From contig CAYVDH010000001.1 in NCBI GenBank assembly GCA_964450355.1, positions 2,767 to 66,766 on the forward strand: a DNA stretch of 64,000 nucleotides, written 5' to 3'. This document shows, in pieces, positions 9,261-19,671 of this stretch. Source of the stretch: an uncultured Flavobacteriaceae bacterium. GTDB lineage: Bacteria; Bacteroidota; Bacteroidia; NS11-12g; UBA955. Made by a program: the position numbers and the translations under genes. The notes under the pieces are model-generated. The model saw nothing but the letters and a program-made list of their open reading frames with translations. It made no database searches and had not been told where the DNA came from. Within the stretch, counting starts at the first letter, position 1, and each line of letters starts with the position of its first letter.

Positions 9261-9680
9261 TTACTTTTTGTAGGTAAAACCAACAGGTGCATACAGTTTT
9301 CCATAATCATACATATCTATGTATAAGGTCATGGTATCCGAACCTTGCCAACTGACTTTATAAACATCTAACAATCCTGTATTCATAAAACCATTAGAAG
9401 TTTTAAAGCTACAACAACTCCCTCTTCTGACATAAGAAATTTCTTCCCCATTCGGACCTTAAAGTGAGTTTAAATACTGCCTTTCATTTTGTGGACCTTG
9501 CATGGATTTTACACCTCCAACATGTATCGGATTTTTCTCAGAATAACCATAAGATTTATCTTCACTGATGCCCAATATTTTAAAAGGAATAGGGCTTGAA
9601 CTTACTTTTTTAGCTTTACATCCATTGTTGATAAAGGCAACAGAAAAGACACTTAAAATCAAAATAAAATAGGTTTTCAT
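9261..9680 (-). pseudogene. Lipoprotein gene interrupted by one in-frame TAA (9459..9461)
   Basis: ORF 9459..9680 (MKTYFILILSVFSVAFINNGC...NERQYLNSL) stops at TAA. The same frame then stays open for 65 more codons (GPNGEEISYVRRGSCCSFKTSNGFMNTGLLDVYKVSWQGSDTMTLYIDMYDYGKLYAPVGFTYKK) to TAA at 9261..9263. Confidence 0.65.
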
Positions 9681-9711
9681 AGAACAAACATAGCAATTAA
9701 ACTACTAAAAA

Positions 9712-10974
9712 TCAACCTTTAAATTCAAAACCTTTCCAATTCACCCAATACATCTGATTGTTTTTTTCTACTTCAATCAACAAATACCCATTGGGCAATA
9801 AATGATAACTTAAAATGGATTGGTATTTGGGTTCTATAACATGAGTCAATTGATTGTTGATGACTTGACAATAACCATATAAATCATTTTTAACAAGGAC
9901 ATAATTAGGGCACTCAAATTCATAAATCTTATCATAAGACATTGGCAATATTAATTTTTTAGTGTTAGTGCTGTTGATTAATCCCCATCTACCACTTTTC
10001 ATCACAAAAAACTCCAATCCAACTTTCTTTTGTTTGGAATTCCATAAGTCGCATACCCTATAATATGTTATAGAATCGTATTCAAAAGGTATGATGATTT
10101 TATTGTACTGGTTCAATACCCCATATTTCCCATTCAATTTCCCAATAAAAAAAACACTGTCTAATTGATAACCTACAATTAATTTGTCATACAATGCAGG
10201 CATAGTATCTCTTATCTTTTTATTTTTGACATGGTACCTAATCACACCTTTCTTTTTGTTTTTATTAGTATAAACATAATAATCTACTATATCATTAACC
10301 GAAGTATTTGATTTGTCTTTATTCGATTTATTATCATACTCTGGCGAATTCATTCCTTGAAATTGTTTCATCTCTTTACCAGCTGAGTCAACATACACCA
10401 ATTTTAGGTCATCGTTATAATAATAAAAATAAGAGATTTTTTTTTCTTCATTGAGCTGATGATTAATATTCGATTTCATGGGCTTGATCAACAAGTCAAC
10501 TTTTGAACTTATTTGATTGTATTTATATAAACTATACTGGCTACCAGCACCTATGGCTTTGATGTAATTTCCTACTACAGAAACATTTTGAAATTCAAAA
10601 GGCAACAATTGTTTTCCATTTATACCGTATATGGCTTTGTTTTCATTTTCCGAATTTTCAGTTACAAGAATTAATTCGCCCAACAATTGAATATTTAAAT
10701 AATTTGAACTCAATACAGTTTCACCACGTTCATTGATTAAGCCAAACAATTCTACTTCATTTACTTCATTGCTTATTAATGCCAATTTTTGTGACTGAAA
10801 AAAATAAGCTTTTTGAAACTTGGGTTGTATAACTACCCTTCTATTGGTGTCGCAATACCCCATTAATCCATTTTGTGATTTATATGGTACATAATAACAA
10901 CAGGCTTGAGAAAACAACTGATTATTATAAAAAAGAATGGCAGTTAGCAAAATTAATATTGACTTTATCTTCAT
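9712..10974 (-). CDS. WG (KWG) repeat-containing secreted protein
   Basis: Signal peptide and repeated units such as FGLINERGETVLSSNYLNI, YGVLNQYNKIIIPFEYDSI and WGLINSTNTKKLILPMSYDKI. Confidence 0.7.
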   Translation of the reverse strand: MKIKSILILLTAILFYNNQLFSQACCYYVPYKSQNGLMGYCDTNRRVVIQPKFQKAYFFQSQKLALISNEVNEVELFGLINERGETVLSSNYLNIQLLGELILVTENSENENKAIYGINGKQLLPFEFQNVSVVGNYIKAIGAGSQYSLYKYNQISSKVDLLIKPMKSNINHQLNEEKKISYFYYYNDDLKLVYVDSAGKEMKQFQGMNSPEYDNKSNKDKSNTSVNDIVDYYVYTNKNKKKGVIRYHVKNKKIRDTMPALYDKLIVGYQLDSVFFIGKLNGKYGVLNQYNKIIIPFEYDSITYYRVCDLWNSKQKKVGLEFFVMKSGRWGLINSTNTKKLILPMSYDKIYEFECPNYVLVKNDLYGYCQVINNQLTHVIEPKYQSILSYHLLPNGYLLIEVEKNNQMYWVNWKGFEFKG

Positions 10975-10980
10975 TAAATT

Positions 10981-11775
10981 TTAGGGTTTAAAACAGGTAT
11001 AAATAACTTCTGAAAATTCTTTATGTACAAGAGAATTACTGGCGATGATGTGTTTTCCAAATAAATAATCTTCACCTCCATTAAAATCTTTAACTTCTCC
11101 ACCAGCTTCTTTTACCAACAACACCCCTGCAGCTACATCCCATGCATTCAGTCCTATTTCAAAAAAACCTTCGAATTTACCACTGGCAACATAAGCTAAA
11201 TCTACTGCAGCTGAACCCATTCTTCGCAATCCGTGACACGATTTCATGAATTGTTTCAAAAGCTCAATGTATTCGTTTAATTGTTCGAATTCATAATAAG
11301 GAAATCCTGTCGCTAATAAGGATTTTGACAATTGAGAACAATCAGAGACATGAATAGGCTTACCGTTCAACCATGCCCCTCCTCCTTTTCTCGAAGTAAA
11401 TAAATCCTTTCGGCCTAGTTCATAAACCACACCAATTAAAATATCATTACCTTTAACCAAAGCAACACTGATGCTGAATACTGGCACATGATGAATAAAA
11501 TTAGTAGTACCATCTAGAGGGTCAATGATCCAATTGTATTCTTTCAACTCATTGTCAGTTGTATTTTCTTCTGTTATAAAACCCGAATCGGGAATGAGTT
11601 GTTTCAGTCCTGCCACTAATTGTTTTTCTGCTTCAATATCCACATAACTCACAAGCTGATTCAGCCCTTTTGATTCAACACTGTTTTGTTGAAACCGTTG
11701 CCTTTCGCTGAGTATAAATTCCCCTACTTGAGTTACAAGTCCATTGACTTCCGCAGTAATCCATGATAAATCCAT
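10981..11775 (-). CDS. suhB: Inositol monophosphatase family protein
   Basis: IMPase motifs: WIIDPLDGTTNF and AWDVAAG. I start it at the internal ATG (MDLSWITAEV...). The longer ORF to 11892 would run through the divergent promoter region and into the neighbouring gene. Confidence 0.85.
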   Translation of the reverse strand: MDLSWITAEVNGLVTQVGEFILSERQRFQQNSVESKGLNQLVSYVDIEAEKQLVAGLKQLIPDSGFITEENTTDNELKEYNWIIDPLDGTTNFIHHVPVFSISVALVKGNDILIGVVYELGRKDLFTSRKGGGAWLNGKPIHVSDCSQLSKSLLATGFPYYEFEQLNEYIELLKQFMKSCHGLRRMGSAAVDLAYVASGKFEGFFEIGLNAWDVAAGVLLVKEAGGEVKDFNGGEDYLFGKHIIASNSLVHKEFSEVIYTCFKP

Positions 11776-11789
11776 TGTTATAATAACGA

Positions 11790-11797
11790 CAAATGTA
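11790..11797 (-). promoter_or_regulatory. Candidate -7 element TACATTTG for suhB
   Basis: 14 nt upstream of the ATG at 11775. It lies inside the over-long ORF-track version, which supports the shorter start. Confidence 0.45.
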
Positions 11798-11829
11798 ATA
11801 CCATAGTTTATAAGTTTAATACAATTCCT

Positions 11830-11837
11830 TAATTTTG
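11830..11837 (+). promoter_or_regulatory. Candidate -7 element TAATTTTG for the DUF2079-like gene
   Basis: 8 nt upstream of the ATG at 11846. Confidence 0.45.
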
Positions 11838-11845
11838 CCTTTTTC

Positions 11846-13315
11846 ATGTTAAAAAACAAACTCAATATTTCCTTTTCAAAACTCGACAACAAATGGCTAA
11901 TAGCGACTTTGTTTTTTCTAACTATTTATTGTTTAATTTCCTTGGTCAACCATTATTGTTTTAGAACTTATGCTTGGGATTTGGGAATATTCAACAATGC
12001 GATATATGATTACAGCAGATTTCGATGGAATGATGGCTGTGTGTTCAGGGAAATTCCAGAAAATTTACTTTCCGATCATTTTGATTTATACCTCCTTTTA
12101 TTTTCACCACTTTCGCATGTATTTGGCGAATACACTTTACTTGTTGTTCAAATATCGGCTATAATTATTGGCAGCAAAGGCGTTTACAAATACATACAAT
12201 TAATCAGCGACAACAATCAACTTGCCTTATTTGCTAGCATTCATTTCTATTTGTTTTTCGGAATTTATTCTGCACTGTCTTTCGACTATCACAGCAATGT
12301 TGTAGCAGCATTAATTAGCCCTTGGTTTTTTGTTTATTTAAAAGAAAAAAAACTAAGTAAAGCCATTGCAATGTTTGTCATGATAGGTATAGCAAAAGAA
12401 ACCATGCCTTTGTGGCTTTTTTGCATTTGCTTAGCGGCAGCCATTGAATTTAGAAAAGAAAAAAAAACAAGAACCATTTTAATTCTTCTTTCAATTATTG
12501 GTTTAGTATGGTTTGCTAGCCTTGTCAAAGTGGTAATGCCTGCCATTTCAATCCATAACGGCTACCATCATTTTAATTATCAGATTTTAGGTAATTCTTT
12601 TGAAGAAGCATTTTTAAACATACTTAAACATCCAATAAAAACAATTGAATACTTGTTTACTAATCACAGTGGCAAAAATTACAATGACGGCATTAAGCTT
12701 GAATTTTGGCAATTCATACTATTGAGTGGTTTGCCGTTTTTAATTGCACGACCATGGTTTTTAATCGCATTAATCTCTCCTTTGTTTGTTAAGATGTTCA
12801 ATAGTAACCCTACCATTTGGAGCATAGATGCACATTACTCCATTGAGTTTGCTGCAATCTTATCATTGGGAGTTTTTTCAAGCATCAATCAAATAAAAAA
12901 CAATGCCCTTAAATACACAACAGTAAGCTTAGTATTATTTGGCTCATTGTATTGCACGTTCAAGTATTTTGATGGCACTGTGTATTGGCATCCTTACGAA
13001 AGGATTAGATTTTACCAAGCAGATCATTACACTAACAATTACTCTATAAAAGAAGCTCACAACATGATAGACATGGTTCCTAAAAATGCCATAGTGAGTG
13101 CACAATCACCTTTTGTTCCACATTTTGCATACCGCGACAAAGCTTATCAATTCCCAGTAATAAGAGATGCTGAATACATCATGGTATGCAGTAAAGAATA
13201 CTTTTACCCCATCGATGAAAAAGAGTTCAATCAAAAAATTGAAGAATTAAAATCATCTGGAGAATGGGAATTAATTAAAGAACATGAAGGCCTGATGTTG
13301 TTTAAGAGGAAATGA
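11846..13315 (+). CDS. DUF2079-like polytopic membrane protein
   Basis: 489 aa with many TM segments. The N-terminal region ...CFRTYAWDLGIFNNAIYDY resembles DUF2079. Confidence 0.7.
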   Translation: MLKNKLNISFSKLDNKWLIATLFFLTIYCLISLVNHYCFRTYAWDLGIFNNAIYDYSRFRWNDGCVFREIPENLLSDHFDLYLLLFSPLSHVFGEYTLLVVQISAIIIGSKGVYKYIQLISDNNQLALFASIHFYLFFGIYSALSFDYHSNVVAALISPWFFVYLKEKKLSKAIAMFVMIGIAKETMPLWLFCICLAAAIEFRKEKKTRTILILLSIIGLVWFASLVKVVMPAISIHNGYHHFNYQILGNSFEEAFLNILKHPIKTIEYLFTNHSGKNYNDGIKLEFWQFILLSGLPFLIARPWFLIALISPLFVKMFNSNPTIWSIDAHYSIEFAAILSLGVFSSINQIKNNALKYTTVSLVLFGSLYCTFKYFDGTVYWHPYERIRFYQADHYTNNYSIKEAHNMIDMVPKNAIVSAQSPFVPHFAYRDKAYQFPVIRDAEYIMVCSKEYFYPIDEKEFNQKIEELKSSGEWELIKEHEGLMLFKRK

Positions 13316-13821
13316 AATACATCAAAGATATATTAATCCTTGTAGCGATGTTATGTATTGGCACATCCATTGTTTACATTAGAAGTATTGAATATTATGA
13401 AAACTACATGTTCTTTACATTAACTTTATCTATAACAGGACTTATAATTGGTTATTTGATTTACTCTATTATTAGTTTTTTAATTCCTTATTTGAAAAAC
13501 ATAGAAATCATCAATGGGCATGGATTTAAAATTATGACTTTAGTCTCATGTTTTTTCTTTTCTTTGGGATTAGGCACAATCATAAACAATCATTTTAGCC
13601 AATATTCTGAAATAAAAGTTTATGAAATAATTGAAAAAATTAGTAATAATTACAGCACAAAAACTTATTATTTCTTCATTTCAGATGATATCACAAATGA
13701 GAAAAGAATACCTGTAAAACATAAAATTTACGACTATTACAACGAAGGAGATAATATACAAATTGAGCGAACTAAGGGAATATTGGGAGGAATTTATTTT
13801 GGGGAAATTATAGAAAACTAA
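13312..13821 (+). CDS. Hypothetical membrane protein
   Basis: 169-aa ORF with 3-4 hydrophobic helices. Its start overlaps the upstream stop by 4 nt (ATGA). Confidence 0.4.
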   Translation: MKYIKDILILVAMLCIGTSIVYIRSIEYYENYMFFTLTLSITGLIIGYLIYSIISFLIPYLKNIEIINGHGFKIMTLVSCFFFSLGLGTIINNHFSQYSEIKVYEIIEKISNNYSTKTYYFFISDDITNEKRIPVKHKIYDYYNEGDNIQIERTKGILGGIYFGEIIEN

Positions 13822-15527
13822 TGTTTAATCACTTTCAACCAAACAGTTCTATTTTCACTCTCTATTTTCAGCATGTACACTCCAGATTTAATTTCTCTGA
13901 AATCAACAAAAGACTGATCCAAATCGGAATTTTGAATGATTAATTTTCCAGTGTTATCAACTATCGAATACGCATTGATACGAATGTTATCAAAATGCAA
14001 TACATCAATGACAGGATTAGGATAGCTTTTTACCCAATTATTTTTCAATTGATTGACACTTGCTCCATTGCCATTAAAAGCTGTATCCATGAAAACAACG
14101 GTAACACTGTCACAATTGGTGCAAGATGTTGTTGGGTTAGTAAAACAATATTTATAGGTTTTAGTTACGGACCACATGCCCATAAAGTCAATATCATCTA
14201 TGTATATTGTTCCATTGGCATTAATTTCATCACCATACCATTTGCCATTTGAATTTCCTTGGTAATTGCTCATCAATGCAACTGAATCTTTATCATTAAA
14301 AATGGTATCTGGGGTTGTTAATGTCACTTGTGGCAAGCCATTGACAATGTATGTCAAAGTATCAGAAGTATTACATCCAGTAAAATAATCGTTAATGACT
14401 AGTTGATGAGTTCCTGTTTGACAAGCAGTATTGAATTCTTTAAAGTTGGTAATGCAATTAGAATAAGTTAAATCTTGCCAAGCACTCATAAAAGGCCTTT
14501 TATTGTCCTTTTTATTTCTAACAGTGCTATCTAACATGATTTTACCATCGTTTGCACAAAATTTATCCTTTGTTTGCTCGTATTCAGGCAAAGGAATGAC
14601 AGTTAGAATTGAAGTATCACAACTTAAGCAACCTGTAAGCCCATCTTGAAAACAATATTGTATAATGTATTCCCCTTGTCTATTGGATTGATTTGCTGTT
14701 CCTGGATCAAACATCCATTTAAGTGGCACTACTGTGGTATCTTTATAAATTACCGAGTCGGGGTTTACTCCTGAATTGGTTGGAACTTTTAAACATTTAA
14801 AAGTAGAAATACCACCAATTCTAACTTGACTTACTGGATGAATAACGCTGTTGTATAATTCGTAATCACCATTTAATTGGCAAATAACCGATTCTTGAGT
14901 AACCACAGTTGGTGCGGGATACAATCTGATGGTTGATTTTCCAGAATTTACACAACCATTGTCATCTGTATAACTAAAAAATATAGAATCTCTCAATCCG
15001 GTTTTAGGCACATGGTCGTTTGAGATATTTGAAGCAAAATCATAGTAAAACCAATTGGTTCCAGCAGGACCTCCAGTCACCCACCCTTTTTTATCCCAGT
15101 ATTTTATTTTGTCTTTGTTGCCACCATTAGCTGTAACTACATCCAATATTCTTTTGCCAGAATTGTAACAATTAGCAGCCATAGAAAACCCACTGATTGT
15201 TGGCAAAGCGTGAGTTATTAACTCAAATGAATCATAATCAGTATAGGTGATACTGTTTACTGTTTTGGTGACTTTAAGTTCATATAGTTTAGTTCCAATA
15301 TTAGTAGATTTCATTTTCAAAAACTCATTGTTAGATACCACTGAATTAGAGCTTAGGTCTTTCCACTGATATGTTCCAACATCACCTTGACTTAAACCTG
15401 TACCAGTTACCTTTATTGAATCGTTTAAACAATTTTCTTTATCAGCTCCAGCATTGGCAGTGACTTGAGCATGGATTATCATGTTAGAAATAAAAATAAA
15501 GAAGGAAAGTGTAATTAATTTTTTCAT
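13818..15527 (-). CDS. Secreted Cys-rich protein with T9SS C-terminal sorting domain
   Basis: Signal peptide; C-terminus ...SYPNPVIDVLHFDN...GVYMLKIESENRTVWLKVIKH is typical of type A T9SS CTDs. Confidence 0.75.
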   Translation of the reverse strand: MKKLITLSFFIFISNMIIHAQVTANAGADKENCLNDSIKVTGTGLSQGDVGTYQWKDLSSNSVVSNNEFLKMKSTNIGTKLYELKVTKTVNSITYTDYDSFELITHALPTISGFSMAANCYNSGKRILDVVTANGGNKDKIKYWDKKGWVTGGPAGTNWFYYDFASNISNDHVPKTGLRDSIFFSYTDDNGCVNSGKSTIRLYPAPTVVTQESVICQLNGDYELYNSVIHPVSQVRIGGISTFKCLKVPTNSGVNPDSVIYKDTTVVPLKWMFDPGTANQSNRQGEYIIQYCFQDGLTGCLSCDTSILTVIPLPEYEQTKDKFCANDGKIMLDSTVRNKKDNKRPFMSAWQDLTYSNCITNFKEFNTACQTGTHQLVINDYFTGCNTSDTLTYIVNGLPQVTLTTPDTIFNDKDSVALMSNYQGNSNGKWYGDEINANGTIYIDDIDFMGMWSVTKTYKYCFTNPTTSCTNCDSVTVVFMDTAFNGNGASVNQLKNNWVKSYPNPVIDVLHFDNIRINAYSIVDNTGKLIIQNSDLDQSFVDFREIKSGVYMLKIESENRTVWLKVIKH

Positions 15528-15551
15528 AAGTGTAAGAATTTAAGGATACTT

Positions 15552-15559
15552 CAAATGTA
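15552..15559 (-). promoter_or_regulatory. Candidate -7 element TACATTTG for the T9SS cargo gene
   Basis: 24 nt upstream of the ATG at 15527. Confidence 0.4.
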
Positions 15560-15663
15560 CTAAAAAAATATAAAAGTGTCAAATTCAATCCATTCAAACT
15601 TATAAATGTTCAAAATTCCACCATAAGTGTATGAAATTGGGGAATAAGTGTTTTTGATTAAAA

Positions 15664-15697
15664 TAAAAAAAAAGACCGAAATTAAATCGGTCTTTTA
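15664..15697 (-). terminator. Rho-independent terminator downstream of mdh
   Basis: Stem aagaccga / tcggtctt with a 7-nt loop. On the minus strand it is followed by a ~10-nt T run (A run at 15664..15673 on plus). Confidence 0.7.
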
Positions 15698-15721
15698 ATA
15701 TTGAAAAATTGTTATCTAATC

Positions 15722-16657
15722 TTACATACTCATAGTACTCAACACCGCGTTCATGCTGCGAACAGCTTCTGCACTTTTGTTGAATGCTGCTTGCTCTGTT
15801 TCGTTTAGTTTGTAATCGATGATTTTCTCCCAACCGTTTCTTCCAATCACTACAGGAACTCCTAAACAAATGTCTGATTGACCATATTCGCCATCTAATG
15901 CAACACAACAAGGCATTACTTTTTTCTCATCTCTAACTATGGCTTCTACCAATGCTGCTCCTGCTGCTCCTGGCGCATACCAAGCACTAGTGCCCAACAA
16001 TCCTGTTAGTGTAGCACCTCCTACCATGGTATCTGCTGCTACTTTAGCCAATTGCTCATCATTTAAATAATGATTCACTGGCAATCCATTTACTGTCGCT
16101 AATCTGGTTAATGGAATCATAGTAGTATCACCATGACCACCTATAACCACGGCATGCAAATCGTTTGTAGATGCACCAGTAGCTAATGACAAATAGCATT
16201 TAAAACGAGCGCTGTCTAATATTCCTCCCATTCCTATGATTCTGTTTTTAGGAATTCCACTTGATTTTAACGCCAAGTAAGTCATGGTATCCATTGGGTT
16301 ACTGATTACAATGATGATGGCATTTGGAGAATGTTCTAATATATTTTGAGTAACACCTTTAACTATTCCTGCATTAATCCCAATCAACTCTTCGCGAGTC
16401 ATTCCTGGCTTACGTGGTATTCCACTGGTAATTACTACTACATCGCTGTTAGCGGTTTTAGAATAATCATTGGTACTTCCAGTAATTTTGGTATCAAACC
16501 CAAGTAAAGATGAAGTTTGAAACAAATCCAAAGCTTTACCTTCACTGATGCCTTCTTTGATGTCTAACAACACCAATTCTGAACACAATTCTTTGCGGGC
16601 AATGTTATCAGCACATGTTGCGCCTACTGCTCCGGCTCCTACTACTGTTATTTTCAT
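15722..16657 (-). CDS. mdh: Malate dehydrogenase (LDH-like family)
   Basis: MKITVVGAGAVGATCA Rossmann N-terminus; 311 aa with full-length MDH-like sequence. Confidence 0.95.
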   Translation of the reverse strand: MKITVVGAGAVGATCADNIARKELCSELVLLDIKEGISEGKALDLFQTSSLLGFDTKITGSTNDYSKTANSDVVVITSGIPRKPGMTREELIGINAGIVKGVTQNILEHSPNAIIIVISNPMDTMTYLALKSSGIPKNRIIGMGGILDSARFKCYLSLATGASTNDLHAVVIGGHGDTTMIPLTRLATVNGLPVNHYLNDEQLAKVAADTMVGGATLTGLLGTSAWYAPGAAGAALVEAIVRDEKKVMPCCVALDGEYGQSDICLGVPVVIGRNGWEKIIDYKLNETEQAAFNKSAEAVRSMNAVLSTMSM

Positions 16658-16689
16658 TTTATTTGATATTTGGTTTTAAAAAATTTATG

Positions 16690-16697
16690 CAAAAATA
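16690..16697 (-). promoter_or_regulatory. Candidate -7 element TATTTTTG for mdh
   Basis: 32 nt upstream of the ATG at 16657. Confidence 0.45.
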
Positions 16698-16749
16698 GAA
16701 TAAGTATTGTTAATTATTCATGAAGAATTTAAGGAGTTATAAACTAATT

Positions 16750-17943
16750 TTACTCCGTTTCTATGGCATGAATACCCGGCAATAGTTTACCTTCAAAATA
16801 TTCTAACAAAGCACCTCCTCCTGTAGAGACATAACTCACCTTATCCGCATATCCAAATTGATGTATCGCTGCGGCACTGTCTCCACCTCCAATTAAACTA
16901 AATCCTCCATTCAGTGAAACAGAAGCTACTGACTCTGCCACCGCTTTGGTTCCTTCAGAAAAATTAGCCATCTCAAACACCCCCATTGGTCCATTCCACA
17001 ACACCGTTTTAGAAGATTTTATCACTTGACAAAACTCTTCTATAGCTTTAGGTCCAATATCTAAGCCCATGTACCCTTCACTTATCGTCTGGTTGTTTTC
17101 AATTTTGGTATTGGCATTGTTGTCAAATTTATCTGCGACTTTAGAATCAATAGGCAACAACAATTTTACATTTTTAGATTTCGCTTTTTCTATCAACTCA
17201 AGCGTCAAAGGCATTCTATCGTCTTCGCAAAGTGAATTTCCAATGCTGCCACCCATGGCTTTAGCAAATGTGTATGCCATTCCTCCTCCAACAATGATGT
17301 TATCCGCAATGTTCATCAAATTTTCTATGATCAACAATTTATCGCTTACTTTAGCTCCTCCTACAATGGCTGTAAATGGGCGCTGAGGCTGATCTAATAC
17401 TTTTTTGGCATTTAAAATTTCATTTGCCATCACATAGCCAAAACATTTTTTCCCTTTAAAATATTGAGCGATAACCGCTGTAGAGGCATGTGCTCTGTGT
17501 GCAGTTCCAAATGCATCGTTCACATAAAAACTACCCATTTTACTCAGTTTTTCAGCAAATTCTACATTCCCTTTTTCTTCGTCTTTATAAAATCTCAAAT
17601 TTTCTAATAATAAAATCTCCCCTGGTTTCAACTCGTTAGCCAACTGATAAGCCGTTTCACCTATACAATCATCAGCAAAATACACATTGGCTTGACTCAA
17701 TTCTTTCAACCTTTCTACCACGTGTTTTAATGAATATTTTTCAGCAGGACCTTCCTTAGGCCTGCCCAAATGACTCATTAAAATGCAACTGCCGCCATCT
17801 GATAGTATTTTTTTAATACTAGGTATAGTGGCAGCTATACGTGAATCATCAGTGATATTAAACTCCGAATTTAATGGCACATTAAAATCGACACGCATTA
17901 ATACTTTTTCATTGTTAAAATTAAATTGATCTATTGTTAGCAT
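16750..17943 (-). CDS. pgk: Phosphoglycerate kinase
   Basis: [24 protein letters not shown]... and SHLGRPKEG motifs. I start it at the internal ATG 17943 because a -7 motif lies inside the longer ORF. Confidence 0.95.
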   Translation of the reverse strand: MLTIDQFNFNNEKVLMRVDFNVPLNSEFNITDDSRIAATIPSIKKILSDGGSCILMSHLGRPKEGPAEKYSLKHVVERLKELSQANVYFADDCIGETAYQLANELKPGEILLLENLRFYKDEEKGNVEFAEKLSKMGSFYVNDAFGTAHRAHASTAVIAQYFKGKKCFGYVMANEILNAKKVLDQPQRPFTAIVGGAKVSDKLLIIENLMNIADNIIVGGGMAYTFAKAMGGSIGNSLCEDDRMPLTLELIEKAKSKNVKLLLPIDSKVADKFDNNANTKIENNQTISEGYMGLDIGPKAIEEFCQVIKSSKTVLWNGPMGVFEMANFSEGTKAVAESVASVSLNGGFSLIGGGDSAAAIHQFGYADKVSYVSTGGGALLEYFEGKLLPGIHAIETE

Positions 17944-17965
17944 TGAATTATTTTTTTTGAGTTGG

Positions 17966-17973
17966 CAAAGGTA
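17966..17973 (-). promoter_or_regulatory. Candidate -7 element TACCTTTG for pgk
   Basis: 22 nt upstream of the ATG at 17943. Confidence 0.5.
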
Positions 17974-17994
17974 ATTTATCAAATTCACAATATC

Positions 17995-18024
17995 AAAAAG
18001 CCAATTTATTTCTCTGTAAATTGG
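17995..18024 (-). terminator. Hairpin terminator downstream of hipA-like gene
   Basis: Perfect 8-bp inverted repeat ccaattta(N8)taaattgg at 18001..18024, followed by a T-rich run on the minus strand (17995..18000). Confidence 0.55.
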
Positions 18025-18028
18025 AGAG

Positions 18029-19291
18029 CTAAAAAAGGTAAAAATCCTTTTTCATGTTGCCAATTATTTTTGTCGGGATAGCCAAATCTTGAGCTTTTTG
18101 TTCCCAAAATTCAACAGATGAAAGCAGTTGTTCGATGATGGAACTTGGGTTTTTAATGGTGTATTTTTTAGCTAAAACAAGCACATCTTCTTTTGAAATG
18201 TTTTGTCTTTTTCCATTGATAGACAAAGCTCTCGACACTTTTTTATAATTCAGCAACGGATTCAACGAAAATGTCAAATCATACGCTGGAGCTAAACTCC
18301 ATTGATCCGTTAATTCGTTGTAAATAAACGAATGATTCTTGAGATGATCATCGGCATTTGCATACACCAAATTAAAAACCATTCGTTTAAACAATTCTTC
18401 AATTTGTTTGTGTGGAATTTTTAAAAACAAGGCTAAATCAAATAGATTTTCATAAGAAGATACTTCAGGATTTTTAAAATCCCAACCTGTTAAACCCGAA
18501 GCGGTCAGCACGTGATTCTTTTTCCCATTTTGTCTATCAAACCTCATTGTAGCAAAGTGTTTGCCGTCTATCAACTTTGACTCCATCATTGAAACTCCAA
18601 GCTCCTTAGCCAATAAATAATAACTGTATTCAATCAATTCTTTGTTGTAGGGCAATTCTTCGTCTAAGTGTAATTTCACTAAATAATGATTGTATTTATC
18701 GGAAAATTCCAAATCGCCAGGAATGATTTTTCCTGATTTTTTATTTTCCGAAATCACTATTTTGGGGTGGGCGCCCCCAGCTGAACTTCCAATTTTAAAT
18801 ACATTAATCAAGGATTCTGTATCCAAATGCTCGGCTTGAGTGTTTTGTTTTACATCCATTACTTGTTTCAACACGTCTATAATTTCATTCAAATCAATGG
18901 AGGTATGCCTAGGAATGTGCTTAACGGGAGTGTATTCCAAAGCCCCCATTCCTCTGTTAGCCACATACGCAAGTTGTTCAAGCACACTGATGGATTTACT
19001 GCCTTTCCCGTTTGCATCTAACCACGATTTAAACACCAAATTGCCAAACATATCGGGCAAGGAATCTGCTATCATAGGAGGCAACCCTTTGAAAGTATCA
19101 GAATTGAATTGACTAAACACTTGGGTGTGTTCTATGCGTTTAAAAACAAGTGGGAACAAGTGTTCATACATGCCTGTTTTTAAAAAAACAGGATTGAACT
19201 GAAAATACGACTTGTTTTTGTTTTCATCAAAGCCAAGTTTTCCAATTTCAATTCCAAAACAATGCACTTGCACAAGTTCATTTTTAGCCAT
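18029..19291 (-). CDS. hipA: HipA-like serine/threonine kinase toxin (type II TA)
   Basis: HipA motifs [19 protein letters not shown] and LAPAYDL. The ATG at 19291 ([10 protein letters not shown]) lies 2 nt after the stop of the upstream HTH gene. Confidence 0.85.
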   Translation of the reverse strand: MAKNELVQVHCFGIEIGKLGFDENKNKSYFQFNPVFLKTGMYEHLFPLVFKRIEHTQVFSQFNSDTFKGLPPMIADSLPDMFGNLVFKSWLDANGKGSKSISVLEQLAYVANRGMGALEYTPVKHIPRHTSIDLNEIIDVLKQVMDVKQNTQAEHLDTESLINVFKIGSSAGGAHPKIVISENKKSGKIIPGDLEFSDKYNHYLVKLHLDEELPYNKELIEYSYYLLAKELGVSMMESKLIDGKHFATMRFDRQNGKKNHVLTASGLTGWDFKNPEVSSYENLFDLALFLKIPHKQIEELFKRMVFNLVYANADDHLKNHSFIYNELTDQWSLAPAYDLTFSLNPLLNYKKVSRALSINGKRQNISKEDVLVLAKKYTIKNPSSIIEQLLSSVEFWEQKAQDLAIPTKIIGNMKKDFYLF

Positions 19292-19293
19292 AA

Positions 19294-19560
19294 TCAATAC
19301 AATGATTTTATGCTGTTGTTATCTATTTCATCGTTGATAAGGGTCATCAATTTGTCTAACAAATCAAAATGTTGCATCACCTTAAACCAAGTATCAATTG
19401 TTACATTGTTAGCTGATTCCAAGTTCTGAATGGTGATCCTTGACATGCCTAAATTATCCGCCAATTCATTTTGAGTCAATCCATTTTTTTTGCGAAGCTC
19501 CTTACACAATAGAGCTAACTTAAGCTTAAGTTCTTCAATTGTAGTAGAATTTAACAACAT
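19294..19560 (-). CDS. hipB: XRE-family helix-turn-helix antitoxin (HipB-like)
   Basis: 88 aa; the HTH is LRKKNGLTQNELADNLGMSRITIQNLE. It sits immediately upstream of the hipA-like gene. Confidence 0.75.
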   Translation of the reverse strand: MLLNSTTIEELKLKLALLCKELRKKNGLTQNELADNLGMSRITIQNLESANNVTIDTWFKVMQHFDLLDKLMTLINDEIDNNSIKSLY

Positions 19561-19567
19561 AAATACA

Positions 19568-19587
19568 TATTTTAATATGCAAATATA
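19568..19587 (-). promoter_or_regulatory. Promoter/operator repeat copy 1 (tattttaatatgcaaatata), contains -7 match TATATTTG
   Basis: Exact 20-bp direct repeat with 19652..19671. The -7 match (caaatata at 19580..19587) is 19 nt upstream of the hipB ATG. Confidence 0.5.
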
Positions 19588-19651
19588 CTAATAATAATTA
19601 ATAATGCATATTATTTTATTTAATATAGATTGATATAATTTATTTTATGAT

Positions 19652-19671
19652 TATTTTAATATGCAAATATA
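19652..19671 (-). promoter_or_regulatory. Promoter/operator repeat copy 2 (tattttaatatgcaaatata)
   Basis: Exact duplicate of 19568..19587. Two further ATGCA-core sites lie near 19601..19612 and 19698..19709. Confidence 0.45.

Noticed and set aside
9459-9461. Genome-wide reassignment of TAA to a sense codon, as an explanation for the two in-frame TAA interruptions
   Set aside because: TAA is the terminating codon of many well-defined full-length genes in this window, including proS, parA and the UPF0173-type hydrolase gene (5824..6507). A global reassignment is therefore not tenable. Local nonsense mutation or context-dependent readthrough remain the options.
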